Assembly (NCBI RefSeq): GCF_009914755.1
Contig: NC_060939.1
Source of the DNA: the human T2T-CHM13v2.0 reference genome, Homo sapiens
Direction: 5' to 3' (one strand)
Length of the DNA: 64,000 bases
Made by a program: the position numbers and the translations under genes. Below the pieces are notes generated by a model, which saw only the letters and a list, made by a program, of their open reading frames with translations, had not been told where the DNA came from and did no database searches. Below, piece by piece: positions 1 through 21,925 of this stretch (position 1 is its first letter; the number at the start of each line of letters is the position of its first letter).

Positions 1-467
1 TATCATGCTTTACTTGAGGCATACTTATGTGCCCTTCTTTTGACTTTTTCTCCCCTTTTGGGCCAAGACTTCAGTAGGAAATAAAAGAGACCATCTGAAA
101 AATGATAGCAGTTAAAATATGTTATAACTTGACATTACCGTTCTATGGGTAACGTTATCTTATGAAATAATATAGGGCTAAGGACAGGAGATCTAGATTT
201 TAGATCTATCTTTGCTTGCTATACATTAGATCTCCGAGTTTATTGTTAACCCTCCTTGGGCTTCAGGTCTCTCTGTTTAAATGAGAATTGTAGAATAGAT
301 AACTTTCGTTTTCTTTAGGTCCCAAATTTAATGGTTTGTATATCTAGTTAGGTTTTTGGTATTCATTGTTGTGTTTGTCGTAATTGAATCCCCAGAAAGA
401 AATGCTGTACAAAAAGCATCAATTCCCTCATGAAATGTGTATGTGTAAAACCTGTCATGAAGCTGTG

Positions 468-763
468 GGCCAGGCGTGGTGGCTCACCCCTGTAATCCCA
501 GCACTTTGGGAGGCCAAGGCGGGCGAATCACTTGAGGTGACCAGTCTGGCCAAAATGGTGAAACCCTATCTCTACTGAAAATACAAAAAATTAGCCGAGC
601 TTAGTGGTGTGCGCCTGTAGTCCCAGCTGCCTGGGAAGCTGAGGCAGGAGAATGGCTTGAACCTCGGAGGCGGAGGTTGCAGTAAGCGGAGATCGTGCCA
701 CTCACTGCACTCCAGCTTGGGCGACAGAGCGAGACTGCTTCTCAAAACAAACAAACAAAAAAA
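468..763 (+). mobile_element. Alu
   Basis: Dimeric Alu with A-rich tail. Confidence 0.92.
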
Positions 764-1103
764 CTATGATTGTTGTTCCACATATTATTGCTATTGTTGT
801 CCCATTGTAGATATTAATTACTGAAGCTTTAATAGCTTTCAGATGGTACTAAAAATGAAATTTTTTATTACTCCTGGTAACATTTTAAAAATCATCTGGA
901 ATAATTTGTTTTTCTTTCAGAAACCTGTAATTATTGTTCAGTAAAAGTCCACAATTACATTTGAATGTCTTATACCTCTGTTTGTTTCTTTCCTACATCC
1001 TACAGATTCTTGGTAACAGCTGGCCCAGGTTTCTACAGGTACTCAATTTATATCATTACATGAGGAGTGAATTACAAATATTTAAAGACAAATACTTAGC
1101 TGA

Positions 1104-1403
1104 GGCTGGGTGCGCTTGCTCATACCTGTAATCCCAGCACTTTGGGAAGCCGAGGCGGGTAGATCATGAGGTCGGGTTCGAGAGCAGCCAGGCCAACATG
1201 GTGAAACCCCGTCTGTACTAAAAAAAAAATACAAAAATTAGCTGGGCATGGTGGTGGCATGCGCCTGTAATCCTGGCTGCTCAAGAGGGTAAGGCAGAAT
1301 TGCTTGAACCCGGGAGGTGGAGGTTCCACTGAGCTGAGATCTGCACTCCAGCCTGGGTGACAGAGCAAGACTCCATCTTGAAAAAAAACAAAACAACAAA
1401 AAA
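1104..1403 (+). mobile_element. Alu
   Basis: Dimeric Alu; TSD caaatacttagctga at 1089-1103 and 1409-1423. Confidence 0.93.
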
Positions 1404-1459
1404 GCCTCCAAATACTTAGCTGAGCTTACATTTTAAAGAGCGGTACTGCATTATTACGT

Positions 1460-1790
1460 AGATACATTTATTGAATGTCTCATGTTCTAGGCACAGTCAC
1501 TGGTCTTCAGTGAAGGCACTCTGCCTTCATGGAGCTGACATTCTGTTCTGTGTGTGGGAACATAATAAACAGAATGGTTTCAGGTAGTGGTAAGTGCCAT
1601 GAGGAAAATAGGACCATGTGATACGGCATGGATGGAAGTGGTTTTACTGTAGATTGAGTGGTTAGGGAGGGCCTTTTTAGAGGTGGTAATTTGACCTGTG
1701 ACTTCAATGACTAGAAAAAATCAGCCATAGTGACGATTTGGAGGAAGACTGCTACAGATAGCAGGGGCGGCAAATGCATTAGGTGAGGTT
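1460..1790. mobile_element. L2 fragment
   Basis: acatttattgaatgtc...ctgccttcatggagctgacattctg...gaggtggtaatttgacc motifs. Confidence 0.6.
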
Positions 1791-2129
1791 TGTTTCTAGA
1801 GAATCTACAAATGTAAATTAATTATTTGGTTTGTCTGTTAAGCTTTTCATATTTGCTGTCAGATGATGTAGACAGATTAAAATTATTTTATGTGTAGTAA
1901 CCAAATACAATATGTTGGTGTTGTTTAAACCCTGACTCAAACCAATTGTAGAAAGTCATTTTTGAAACATTGGGGGAAATCTGAATATGGATGGGTATTA
2001 GATGATATCAAGGAGTTATTGTAACTTTGTTAGGGATGATAATGGCATTATGTTTATGTAAGAAAATGACCACTTTTTATTAGTGATAGAGACTGAGGAA
2101 TGAGGGAGAAAACTTGCAAATGTCTGGTA

Positions 2130-2433
<304 letters not shown>

Positions 2434-2625
2434 AATGTCTGTTATTTTAAACAGATACCAGATAAAAACCAAAAAATGTGGTGGAGGGAGATAAGATAGA
2501 TGAAGCAGGTCTGGCACAATCTGGATAATTGTTGGGTTGGGGTGATGGGTACATGGGTATTAATAATATTGTTCTCTGCTTTTGTGAGGTTTGAAAATTG
2601 TTCATATTTTAAAATATATTTTTTT

Positions 2626-3734
<1,109 letters not shown>

Positions 3735-4124
3735 TCAACAAACAGGAGTGTTGTATTTCAGGCACTGTGCCAGTGCTTGAGTTAAAACAAAGGGCAGGCT
3801 CTTAACACCTGCCTGAAGGGGCTTATGGCTTGCTGGTGGAAAGGAGAGTTTGGCAGTGTGGATTGTGTTAACATGGAGAAGATTTTTGTGTTTTCCTGAG
3901 GGCATACACGATTAGCATCTTAGTTTAGTTTGTATGTGATTGGATTCTTAAAAAATATTTTTCCTTTTCTACCAAATAGAAAATTTAAGAAATTCTATAT
4001 ATGGCTAGGTGTCAAGTCTGAATCAATGTTGTAGTCATTTCCCTTATTCATATGTACTATAGGGCACTCGAATAAATTACTTATTTTACTATCTTTTGAC
4101 ATCCCAATTTGTTGTTACTTAAAT

Positions 4125-6026
<1,902 letters not shown>

Positions 6027-6359
6027 TAATCTTTTTTTCATGCATCAGGACATCGCTAGGAAACTAAATTTAAATTAGATTTTTGATAGTAGGTTTATAT
6101 TTCTTTGAAGATTTTATGAAGTAATCACGTAAGACTCAGCAACTTATTGTCATAAAGCAATTTTTTTCTTCTTTTCTTTTTCAAATACATAATGAGTTAT
6201 GTTCTTAATTGTGATCATATGAAATGAGAAAAAATTGTGTGTGTATGTTTAGCCACTTAACTGTTTATTAAAAACCTGAAGTTTATACTTTTAACTATTT
6301 TTAACTAAGTCATCAAACATTCTAATCTGAAGAAAACTGTTGCTTTTTAAGAAACTTTA

Positions 6360-6754
<395 letters not shown>

Positions 6755-7613
6755 TTACCCAGGCAGTTACTGTTACATCTTGGTATATTTCATAGCCAGT
6801 TTCTCACCTGTGTATGGATATTTGCTTTATTTACTTATTCAATCTAACTTAATGTGTGTTTTTTCAAAGTAATATTTTGAATATTTTAAATTTTCAACCA
6901 ATTAATATCTGTACACGGTTTTAAAAGTCAGTTTCAAAAGACTTACAATGAAAAACAGTGGTTTCCTATGCAACTCTCCTAATCTCCTAGTTGTACTGCT
7001 TAAACAGAAACATTTTAGCTCTCAAAAATTATTTCTGTAGTCTATACCTTTATATTTATAAGTAGTATGCTTATATTTGTTTGTATTTACTTGTGTACTT
7101 ATATTTCTACTAATATGCTTAATTTTTACTTAGTTTTCATGTCAGTTTAAGTGTCTTTTTTTAAGTTAATTTTTTCAGAGAAAAGTAATATATACAAAGT
7201 GTACCAAATTTATAAGGTACAAAGAATGTACAGGGAAAAAAAACAAGGCTCCTTGCCATTCTTATCTTCCTATGACCCAAGTCTTTTCTCTGAAGATGTA
7301 TCTCTTTCCTCCTGTATTTTATATGTGCATCCAGAGTAGTGGTTCTCAGAGTGTGGTCTGTTGACTCTTGAGGTAGCTCTTCCAAGTGTTCAGGAGGTCT
7401 ACCAGGTTGAAACTATTTCAGAATATTACCAAGTTCTCATTTTCTATGTAACTGATGTGAACACCAGTTGACATTTGCACTGATGGTGCAAAAAACAGTG
7501 GTGCATTAAACTAATGGCCCTGTAGCACAAATCAAGACAGTGGCCAAACTGCATTAGTAATCACTATGTTCTTCATGACTACACATTTGCAGTTAAAAAA
7601 AAAAAAAAAATCA

Positions 7614-8280
<667 letters not shown>

Positions 8281-8329
8281 AAGCACATGTGTTTTTAATA
8301 TTCCATGTGACAAAATGGGAAGTTTTTTT

Positions 8330-8540
8330 TTTTTTTTAAGTTTAAGTTCAGGGGTATAAATGCAGGTTTGTTACATAGGTAAACTTGTGTCATAGAGTTT
8401 GTTGTACAGATTATTTCACCACCCAGGTATTAAGCCTAGTACCTGTTAGTTATTTTTCCTTATCCTCTCCCTCCTCCCACCCTCCACACTCTGAAAGATT
8501 ACAGTGAGTGTTCTTCCCCTCATTGTGTCCGTATGTTCTT
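8330..8540 (-). mobile_element. L1P (primate L1) 3'-end fragment nested in the Charlie element
   Basis: T-tail followed by gcaggtttgttacataggtaaac...cccaggtattaagcctagtacc, the antisense L1PA 3' UTR. Confidence 0.8.
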
Positions 8541-9419
8541 GGGAAGGTTGTTACAGGGTCTTCCATTGCATACCAAAGTATGATGCTTATTTTGAGAAAA
8601 GAACTTGTTTGATTTAGTTATAAAATGGATTAGCAAACTAGTCACTTCTTTCATGGAACACATTTTTACTTGAAAGAAGCAAACTGTAGTTGTGTGAACT
8701 TGGATATTTGTACATATTTTCTCAAAAATAAATGAAGTGAGCCGTTCACTTCAAGAAAAACAAATGACAGAATTTATTGCCAAGATAAAATTCAAACTTT
8801 CAAGCAAAAATTAGAATTGTGGAAAACGCCTATCAGTCACTGTAATTTTGGCAGTTTCTCAGGACTTTGCAATGAGATTGGTTGTGTTATTAACAAAATT
8901 TATTTTTTTACTGTTACATAATGAAATGTGTCATGTTTGAAAGAGGTGCGTAACTTGGTGAAACAATATTTTTCAGATGACCATGATGTTACAAAGTCAT
9001 GTCTGGGTGAAAGATCTATGTAAAGTGCAGTATCGAGCAGTTGTTTTTTCACTGATAGTATGAGGTTTCATTGATATGGTTTCAAATTCCACATTGCAAT
9101 TAAGTTCAAACTGCCTTTGTAAAGTTTTGGGGTAGTATCAAAGAGGAATAACACCCACACTTACCTGAAAAGGTTATTAAATATACTACTCCCTTTTTCA
9201 ACTACATATTTGTGTGAAACTGGATTTTCTTATAATTTAACCAGAACAGCATATCATGATAAATGGAATACAGATGCAGATGTGACAATCCAGTTTTCTT
9301 CTGTTAAGCTAGTCATTAGAGAGATTTGCAAAAAATGTATAGCATTACCGCTCTTATTAAAGTTTTGAAAATATTTTAATAAAAGTTACTTATATTAGAT
9401 ATAATGGGTTTGCAGTGGG

Positions 9420-9732
<313 letters not shown>

Positions 9733-9779
9733 TAATACATTTTAAAGCATTTATGAGTTTTACTTTCTAATAGGGTAAG

Positions 9780-10172
9780 GGTATTAGTTCGTTCTCACAC
9801 TGCTATAAATAACTGAGACTGGGTAATTTATAAAGAAAAGGGGTTTAATTGGCTCAAGGTTCCATAGGTTTTATAGGAAGCGTGGCAGCATCTGCTTCTG
9901 GGGAGGCCTCTGAGCTTTTACTCATGGTAGAGGGCAAAGCAAGAGTAGGTGTCTTACATGGCAGGAGCAGGAGAGAAGGGGGAAGTGCCACACAATTTTA
10001 AAAAACCACATCTCATGAGAACTCCATAATGAGAACAGCACCAAAGGGATGGTGCTGAACCATTAGAAATTGCCCAGATAATCCAGTCACCTCCAGGCAG
10101 GCCCCACCTCCAACAATGGGAATTACACTTTGACCTGAGATTTGGTTGAGGACACAGATCCAGACCATATCA
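9780..10172 (-). mobile_element. MaLR solo LTR (MST family)
   Basis: gtattagttcgttctcacactgctata...gagactgggtaatttataaag...cagaccatatca; near-match 5-bp TSD gtaag/ataag. Confidence 0.85.
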
Positions 10173-10239
10173 ATAAGTATCAGTAGATATAACCCATATA
10201 ATAAAAGCTTTTTCAGATCTTCCAGTGATTTTTTTTTTC

Positions 10240-10476
10240 CCTTTTTTTTTTTTTTGAGACAGGGTCTCTCTCTGTTACCCAGGCTAGAGTGCAGTGGTGA
10301 GATCTTAGTTCACTACATTCTCTGCCTCCTGGGCTCAGGCAGTCCTCCCACTTCAGCCTCCCAAGTAGCTGGGACTACAGGCATGTACCACCACACTTGG
10401 CTCATTTTTCTATTTTTAGTAGAGACGGGTTTCACCATGTTGTCCAGGCTGATCTCAAACTGCTAGGCACCCGGCC
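10240..10476 (-). mobile_element. Alu (internally deleted)
   Basis: Antisense Alu missing part of the left arm. Confidence 0.85.
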
Positions 10477-10503
10477 CATTTTTAAGATTATGAAGGACCT
10501 CAG

Positions 10504-10800
10504 GACCGGGCCTGGTGGCTCACATCTGTAATTGCAGCACTTTGGGAGGCCGAGGCAGGCGGATCACCTGAGGTCAGGAATTTGAGACCAGCCTGGCCAA
10601 CTTGGGGAAACCCTGTCTCTACGAAAAATACAAAACAGCCAGGTATGGTGGCGGGCGCCTATAATCCTAGCTATTCGGGAGGCTGAGGCACGAGAATTGC
10701 TTGAACTGGGAGGCAGATGTTTCAGTGAGCCAAGATGGCACCACTCCGCTCCATCCTGGGTGACAGAGCTGAACTCCGTCTCAAAAAAAAAAAAAAAAGA
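10504..10800 (+). mobile_element. Alu
   Basis: Dimeric Alu with A-tail. Confidence 0.92.
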
Positions 10801-10909
10801 TAACTGCTGCTGCAGAGAATTAACCAATTTTTGATGGTAGATGAGCCCACTATTCTCCTTTCATCCCATCTTTCAGTTATGTCAGAATTTTTGATTATTT
10901 TAAAGAACA

Positions 10910-11340
10910 ATTCAGCAAATGCCTATTGAATGCCAAATATGTGTTCTAAGCTTTTGGGCACATAGTAGTGATCAAAACGAAATCTGCTCTGGTGGGGAAA
11001 CAAAGTTGTAGATGGTCATTGTGGAAATAAGTGAGCTGGAAAAGGAAGATAGAGGGTGGGGTTAACTTTTTATTTTTTTGCCTTTCCACAAAAATTTTAA
11101 TGTTGGTATTAACTACTAATGTGAGGTGGTCAGGGAAGGTATCATGGATAAGGAAACATTTGAACACAGATGTAAAGGAAGTGAATGAGTGAGCCTCGTG
11201 GTTATCTGGGGGAAGAGCATTCAAGGCAGCGTGACTAGCCATAGCATGGTTGACCTGCTTGAGAAATAGCCTAGAAACTACTGGGGCTTTAGTGGAGTAG
11301 GTGAGGAGGAGAATGGTGGTCTCTGAGAACAGAGGTATGA
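10910..11340. mobile_element. L2 fragment
   Basis: ttcagcaaatgcctattgaatgcc...ggtcagggaaggt...tctgggggaagagcattcaaggcag. Confidence 0.6.
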
Positions 11341-11868
11341 AGGGTTCATGTTCTTCAGTTATATGAAATATTTACATTGCCTTTGATAACTTCTTAGCCA
11401 TTTTTTACCTCTCTTCTCTTTTCTGGATTTCCTGTCAATCAGGTAACAGGATTCTATTGCCATCTCTACTTTGCCTGCTATTAGTTCCTATTTTTGTTGT
11501 TGATTAAAAAAAAATTCTTTTTACTATCAGTTTAGTGGGGATTGGAGGGAGATTTGAAATAAAGGTCTTGTATAACTTACCATGTTTTTAAAAAATGTGA
11601 ACTTTTGCTTTTGATAATCATGACAGTTTTACCAGGAAAAAGTTATATTAGTGACATGGAAATGGGCTCTCCACATTTGGCGAATAGGTTCACTTTAGGA
11701 AGACTAAGTCTATTTTGACAGCTAGGTTCTTTAATAGAAAATACTTAATACTTTTATTAAGTGAAGAAAATCATGTGATATAAGATTTGTTACAGAACAC
11801 CTACAAAACATACATTATCATGGGATTTTATTTTATTTTTTATGAAATCATGTTTAAAGAACTAAGTA

Positions 11869-12265
11869 CAGTAGTCCTCCCTTATCCATGAGGGATACAG
11901 TCCAAGACCCCCAGTAGATGCTTAACAGCCACAACATGCATACCTATTATAAAGTTTAATTTATACATTGGGCAGAGTAAGACATTAATAGCAATAACTA
12001 ATAAAAAAATTTATAACTATATTTAATAAAAATTGTGTGAATGTCATCTCTCAAAATATTGTACTCACCTTTCTTGTGATGACGGAAAATGATGATAAAA
12101 TGGCGAAATGAGGTTAATGACATGGGCACTGTGTAGGCATTCATAAGCGGTTAAAGCTTGTGAGCTGTTTATTTCTAGAGTTTTTTCTTTAATATTTTTG
12201 GACCATGGTTGACCATAGGTAACTGAAACCGTAGACAGTAAATTGTGGTTAAGGGGAGACTACTG
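11869..12265. mobile_element. TcMar-Tigger MITE (MER44/Tigger7-like)
   Basis: TIRs cagtagtcctcccttatcc / ggttaaggggagactactg, with a TA TSD on both sides. Confidence 0.85.
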
Positions 12266-13059
12266 TATAGTGTTGGTTAAAACTCACCATTCTATTTTCT
12301 TGACTATCTTCCCGCCATTTCTCTGATGTATCCTTATCCTTATTCTCCACTTGAAATTTTACTTTTAAAGATCAACTCTTAAACTTCTTTCAGGTTTTTC
12401 CTTTAGAATTAATAGCTGTCCCTTCCGTTTTCCCATGGTATTTGGTACTTTGTTATTTGTAGCAGTTACCATGCTTTATTAGAACATTCTTCTGTGAGGG
12501 ACAAGTTCCTGAAAATCTGCATGGTAAATACGGGAAGTACGGTTGAGTAACATACGTAATAATCTTATGTAAAAGTAGTCATGGGAACTGAAGTTCTGAG
12601 TGAAAGCCCTCATAACTGTGCATTTAATTAAAAAAAAAAAAGAGAGAGAGTGACCAAACTCAACAACTTAGATAGTCATTTAGATCCAGGCTTTGCTATC
12701 AGGTCTTAGGCAAGTCACTTCTGTAATCTTCAGTTCCCTATAGTTCTTAGTAAAGATAAAATGAAATAAAAATGTGGCACACAGTTCCCTACAGGCTCTA
12801 CCTGATCTGGCCCTGACTACTTCTGATGTCATTGTGTGCCATTTCCCTTTCCTTCCACTTCCCTTCTTTTAGTTCTTTGCACCTGTTAGGCATATTCCTG
12901 TCACATAGTCTTTCCTATTTTTTCTCTCCCAGGAATACTCTTCCTCTAGAATTGTGTGGCTTGACTGACTAGTGGCTAGTTTCTTGTCATGATTCATGTC
13001 TTTAGCTTCTTAGAGAGGATCCTGTTGATGGTCAACCTTTACATTTGTTTTGTTTTCTT

Positions 13060-13802
<743 letters not shown>

Positions 13803-15279
13803 TAAAATTATCTTGGTTTTTTGGTCTCATTTGCATGTAATTTCCATGAGAGCAAAGACTTTCTATGTCCTGTTCATGGCTGATGCCAGTGCCTAAAACA
13901 AGTGCCTAGCTCATTATAGGCTTTCAATAAATATTTATTGAATGAGAACCATAAATGAATAAGTGATAGCTAATGTATTGTCAGTGATACTGTATCTTCT
14001 AAAATATTAATAAGCTACTGTAAAATTAATTTCTCTTTCCTGATTGACTTTTCTTGGTTTTGTTCTCATTCCAGATGCTTGGGATGGAAGAAGTTTGAGT
14101 GACCTATCCTGTGTTTATCCTCCTTGCCGTAGCTGAGTTGATCTTTTTGAAACCCTCTTCCCAGACTCTTGGATTTATTTATTTTATTCCAGTGTGAATG
14201 CATGTTTTTTCCCTCATAGATGGCAGTTCTGGATTAGCAGTTTTAAGGTCTCAACTTTGTTTTTAGTTATCTTCCTTTAACAAGCTTCAATTTAAAATAC
14301 TCCTTCTTTTCTCTCCCAATTATCTTTACTGATCCTTAGTTGTCTCTTTTTATTATCTCCAACAGAAGGAACTTGCTGTTTAGGTTTACTGAAACTAAAA
14401 TTCTGAAGATTGCAAAAAAGTATATAGGTAAATGTGTGTAGATGAGACTTAACGTGTACAAGAATTCACATTAGGATTAAGGTTACTATTTTTATCTAGA
14501 ATATGAAATTTGTTAGGAAAGGGTAGCACCTTACTATCTTTTTATCACCTTGATCAGTGACGTACAGTAAAAATTCAAACCATAAAAGGTTTGTTAAATA
14601 AAGTAGCTGACATCAGTATGCAGGATAATGAATTCTTGGTTTCCCCAAACCAGTATTCTAGAGTTGTTTAATATCTTGGTGTTTTTTGTTTCTTGTAACA
14701 AGAATTTTCACTTCACTGTCTGAATATACTGATCCAAGGAAAGCAAAAATGGCATTTAGTCAAAGATAACCTTGGAAATCCCTAAAGTTGCCCAAATATA
14801 CATTATAAATATGCAGTCTCTGGAAGTCTAGCACTTCCCGTTTTCCCTCCACTATTGGAATAAATCATGTTTTCATTGTTAAATATCAGAGAAAGAGTAG
14901 GTTTGTGTATATGGCCTATAATATGGGAAAAATAAATGGCTCTAAATATTAGAATCTGACAGCATAGTAAGATGCTCACATTCTGAGAGACACTTGGGAA
15001 GTGAGACCCAATGGAGAGCAGCAAAATTTAATCTCCTATTTTGTGTTGATTCTAGGCATATAATCAGTGAGCAGAAGGGCAAGCATAATCTCCTACATGG
15101 TTTAAATTATTTTTTTCTTGTCAAGTTCACTTTATGGGCTTGATGTCTATCTAGAGGTGTTCTCCCAAATTCCAACTTTCAGTATGCCTATACTGTCAGC
15201 CATTAAAGTGTCAGTAAGTCTTCCTGGTTTTCCTCTTACAACTCAAGTTCTCTTTCTTTAGTACATACTGTTTGTTTAT

Positions 15280-15391
15280 TTGTCGAGACAGTCTCACCTA
15301 TGTTGCCTAGGCTGATCTCAAACTCCTGGGCACAAGCAGTCCTCCCTGCATGAAGTGCTGGGATTACAGGCACGAGCCACTGCACCCAGCC
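15280..15391 (-). mobile_element. FLAM/Alu monomer
   Basis: Antisense left-monomer-like sequence. Confidence 0.75.
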
Positions 15392-15889
15392 TCTAGAACA
15401 TAGGCTTTCATTACTATTCTCCAGATTACATATTTTGACTGACCTAAATCATATATGTAGAGTAAAAACAAATTTTATCTAAATAAACTTATTGGACTTC
15501 ATTCAAAGAGAAATTGTTTCCTTGGGCAGTTTTGCTCCCAACATTAGATCCCGCATTCTCAGGACAGCTGTCATCTTTTTAATTTAGTTTTCTGATTTTA
15601 TTTTTATTTATTTTGTTACTCCAACCTTTGCTTTGGCCTTTAACAACTCAGTGTTTTGGTCTAATCTTCAAGAGGAATTTGAGGTTCACTTGAATAAGTT
15701 AGACTAGTTTGAGGTGGGTGTAGCTAGAGGATTGAAGTCGTACCAAAAAAAAAATGTATGTATATGTATATGTGGTGATCGTGGGTAGGGGGAAGAATTC
15801 AGAGGGAAGAAGCTTGTGGACGTCTTTGCCTGGACGATTTCTAAAAACTAGCTGACTCGTCATCTTTAAAACAACAACAATAAAAGCTA

Positions 15890-16030
15890 TCATATGCATA
15901 TGTTACTTTGTTTAATATTTACAACAACCCTTTGTGGTAAATATTTTCATTTTTCAGATGAGGAAATTCAGGCACAGAATGATTAATAATTTGCTAATGA
16001 GTCACAGCAGTGATGGGGATGTGGAGATTT
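15890..16030. mobile_element. MIR fragment
   Basis: attttcagatgaggaaattcaggcacagaatgattaataatttgc core. Confidence 0.6.
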
Positions 16031-16249
16031 AAATCAATGCATTTTGAGTTGCCTGAGCAAAGAATTCCAAAATTTAGGAAGTCACTATTTCTGTATTTCC
16101 TTCTAAGGAAAACCATCTAAAGTATATTTTTATCTCCAGTAGGCGTGGTCATTGTCAAGAGAAGGAAAGGTTGGTGATTTTATTAGGGTGATGGGATTGG
16201 GACTTAATTTCTCTTTGCTTTTTCTGTGTATTCCAGATTTTATATAGTG

Positions 16250-19331
<3,082 letters not shown>

Positions 19332-19535
19332 ACGTATTTTACTTTTACATGTTATCAGCTTTGGGAGGATTTATTTTTCATATCTTGGGATATTTCATCT
19401 TAGCTAGAGCATAGTCTTTGTGAGGGTGACTATCTCTGTGAGGGAAGATGCTAGTAGAACCCACTTTATTCCATTGTGCTTTTTACAAGTGACCAAATGG
19501 TGATGACTTAATATCAAAGTCAGTATGACTTAATA

Positions 19536-19630
19536 TCAAATATCAAAGTTTTCTGATCTGAAATTATCAAATTCTAAAGAAAAAGTCTTTAGAATTTGAT
19601 AATTTCAGATCAGAAAACTTTGATATTTGA
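19536..19630. repeat. Perfect inverted repeat, 45-bp arms with a 5-nt spacer
   Basis: 19536-19580 is the exact reverse complement of 19586-19630. Confidence 0.97.
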
Positions 19631-19745
19631 GTCTGAAGAAAGGTGATTAGATAATATAGAACGATACCAAAATTAGAACTTGGAGCATTTGTGAGTGAGT
19701 GTCCAGAATATTACCCAGTAATTTGACTCAAGGAAATTATTCAGT

Positions 19746-20045
<300 letters not shown>

Positions 20046-20364
20046 TTAAAATGATTTTGCTAAATTGTAAGTTAATTATTTTCAGGTTCTGATTTTGTCA
20101 TTCAGTTTATATGCAATTCTTTTTTAGCTTTGTGTCATTTGAGAATGTGACATTTTGTTTATGCCCTCACATGAAATCATGGCTAAAAACAGATTTTGGA
20201 ATACATGTTATCGGCAAATTTTTAATTGTGAACATTGTTTTATGCTGCTAATTATATATTTTTAGACAAGTTTTGGGATTGATTCTTTTTGTTTTAATTT
20301 AAGAAAAATATTTATTTTGAAATTAATAAACCCATTACATGTAAATATAAATAGTATTTTATGA

Positions 20365-20769
<405 letters not shown>

Positions 20770-21522
20770 TGACCTCCACATCTGTTTTAATCTTTGAAGT
20801 GTATTATAAGTTATAGTTCTCCCTGCTTGAAGGTAATGGAAAAGTTGAGACTGGGTTGCCTGATGAGAGATGTAGGGAGCTTAGTATTAATGTTGAAGAT
20901 TAAAGGAGAGCCTGTGGTTTTAGGTCTAATACAGTAGATTCCTTCTCCTGTTATTTAATTGGAATGAATTCTGAGGGAAATTTTGTAATTCTGTGGGCTT
21001 TTGTCTAGTTTTTCATATGCTCAAAAGTGTCTGAAGAAGTCATCTAATTTCCCCTTTTCTCCCTAACGGTCATCGTTCTAGACAGATAGTTGTTTGAATT
21101 TGGCATCTTGAAGATGAAAAATTGTCTATCAGAAGATTGTATTTTGTCTTTCATATAACTTGTTTTATACATTTTTAGGTATACTTCATCATTAATTATA
21201 TAGTTTATTCAGGGAAACTCTGCCATGAGAAATAGGGTAATTGGGTCTCTGTTCTTCGAATTTCACTGTCTTATCCTTCCTGGAAAACTTTTCCTGGTAC
21301 ACCCTACCCTTCAGAATCGGATTAGATTCTACTTCTATTAAGTTTCAGTGCATACCTCTATCATAACACTTATACTGCATTTTGATTACCTAGTGATATT
21401 TCTCACTAACTGCTAGACTATAACTTCCTCAGGACTGGTCTGTGTCTTTATTCATTCTTGTGTTTACAATACTTGGGGCATTCTAGCACATTTAAGGTAC
21501 TCAGAAAGTGTTTATTCCACAG

Positions 21523-21925
21523 TGTATTAGTTTGCTTGGGCTGCGGTAATGAAATGCCACAGATGGAGTGGCTTAAACCACAAAACTTTACTTACTCCTA
21601 GTTCTGTAGAGTGTAAGTCCAGTATTAAGGTATCAGCAGGTTTGGTTTTTCCTGAGGCCCCTCTTCTTGGTTTATAAATGATCGCTTGCTGTGTTCTCAC
21701 ATAATCTTTTTTTCTGTGTGTTTGCATCCTGATGTTGCTTTGTGTGTTTAAATTTCCCCTTCTTTTAAGGACTCCAGTCAGATTGGATTAGGACCCATTC
21801 ATATGACTTCATCTAACATTAATTACCTCTTTAAATGTCTTATCTCTAAATACAGACACATTTTGAAGTACTGGGTGTTAGGACTTCAACGTATGAATTT
21901 TGGGGAACACAAAGAAGTTCATAGC
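21523..21925 (-). mobile_element. MaLR solo LTR (MLT1 family)
   Basis: tgtattagtttgcttgggctgc...ggcttaaac...ggattaggacccattc...ggacttcaacgtatgaatttt. Confidence 0.8.

Noticed and set aside
1-2000. RNF111 promoter or first exon
   Set aside because: No CpG island or GC-rich segment; the promoter must lie upstream of the window.
19503-19549. CRISPR-like or other repeat array
   Set aside because: Only two or three short irregular direct repeats with no spacers, in a mammalian intron.
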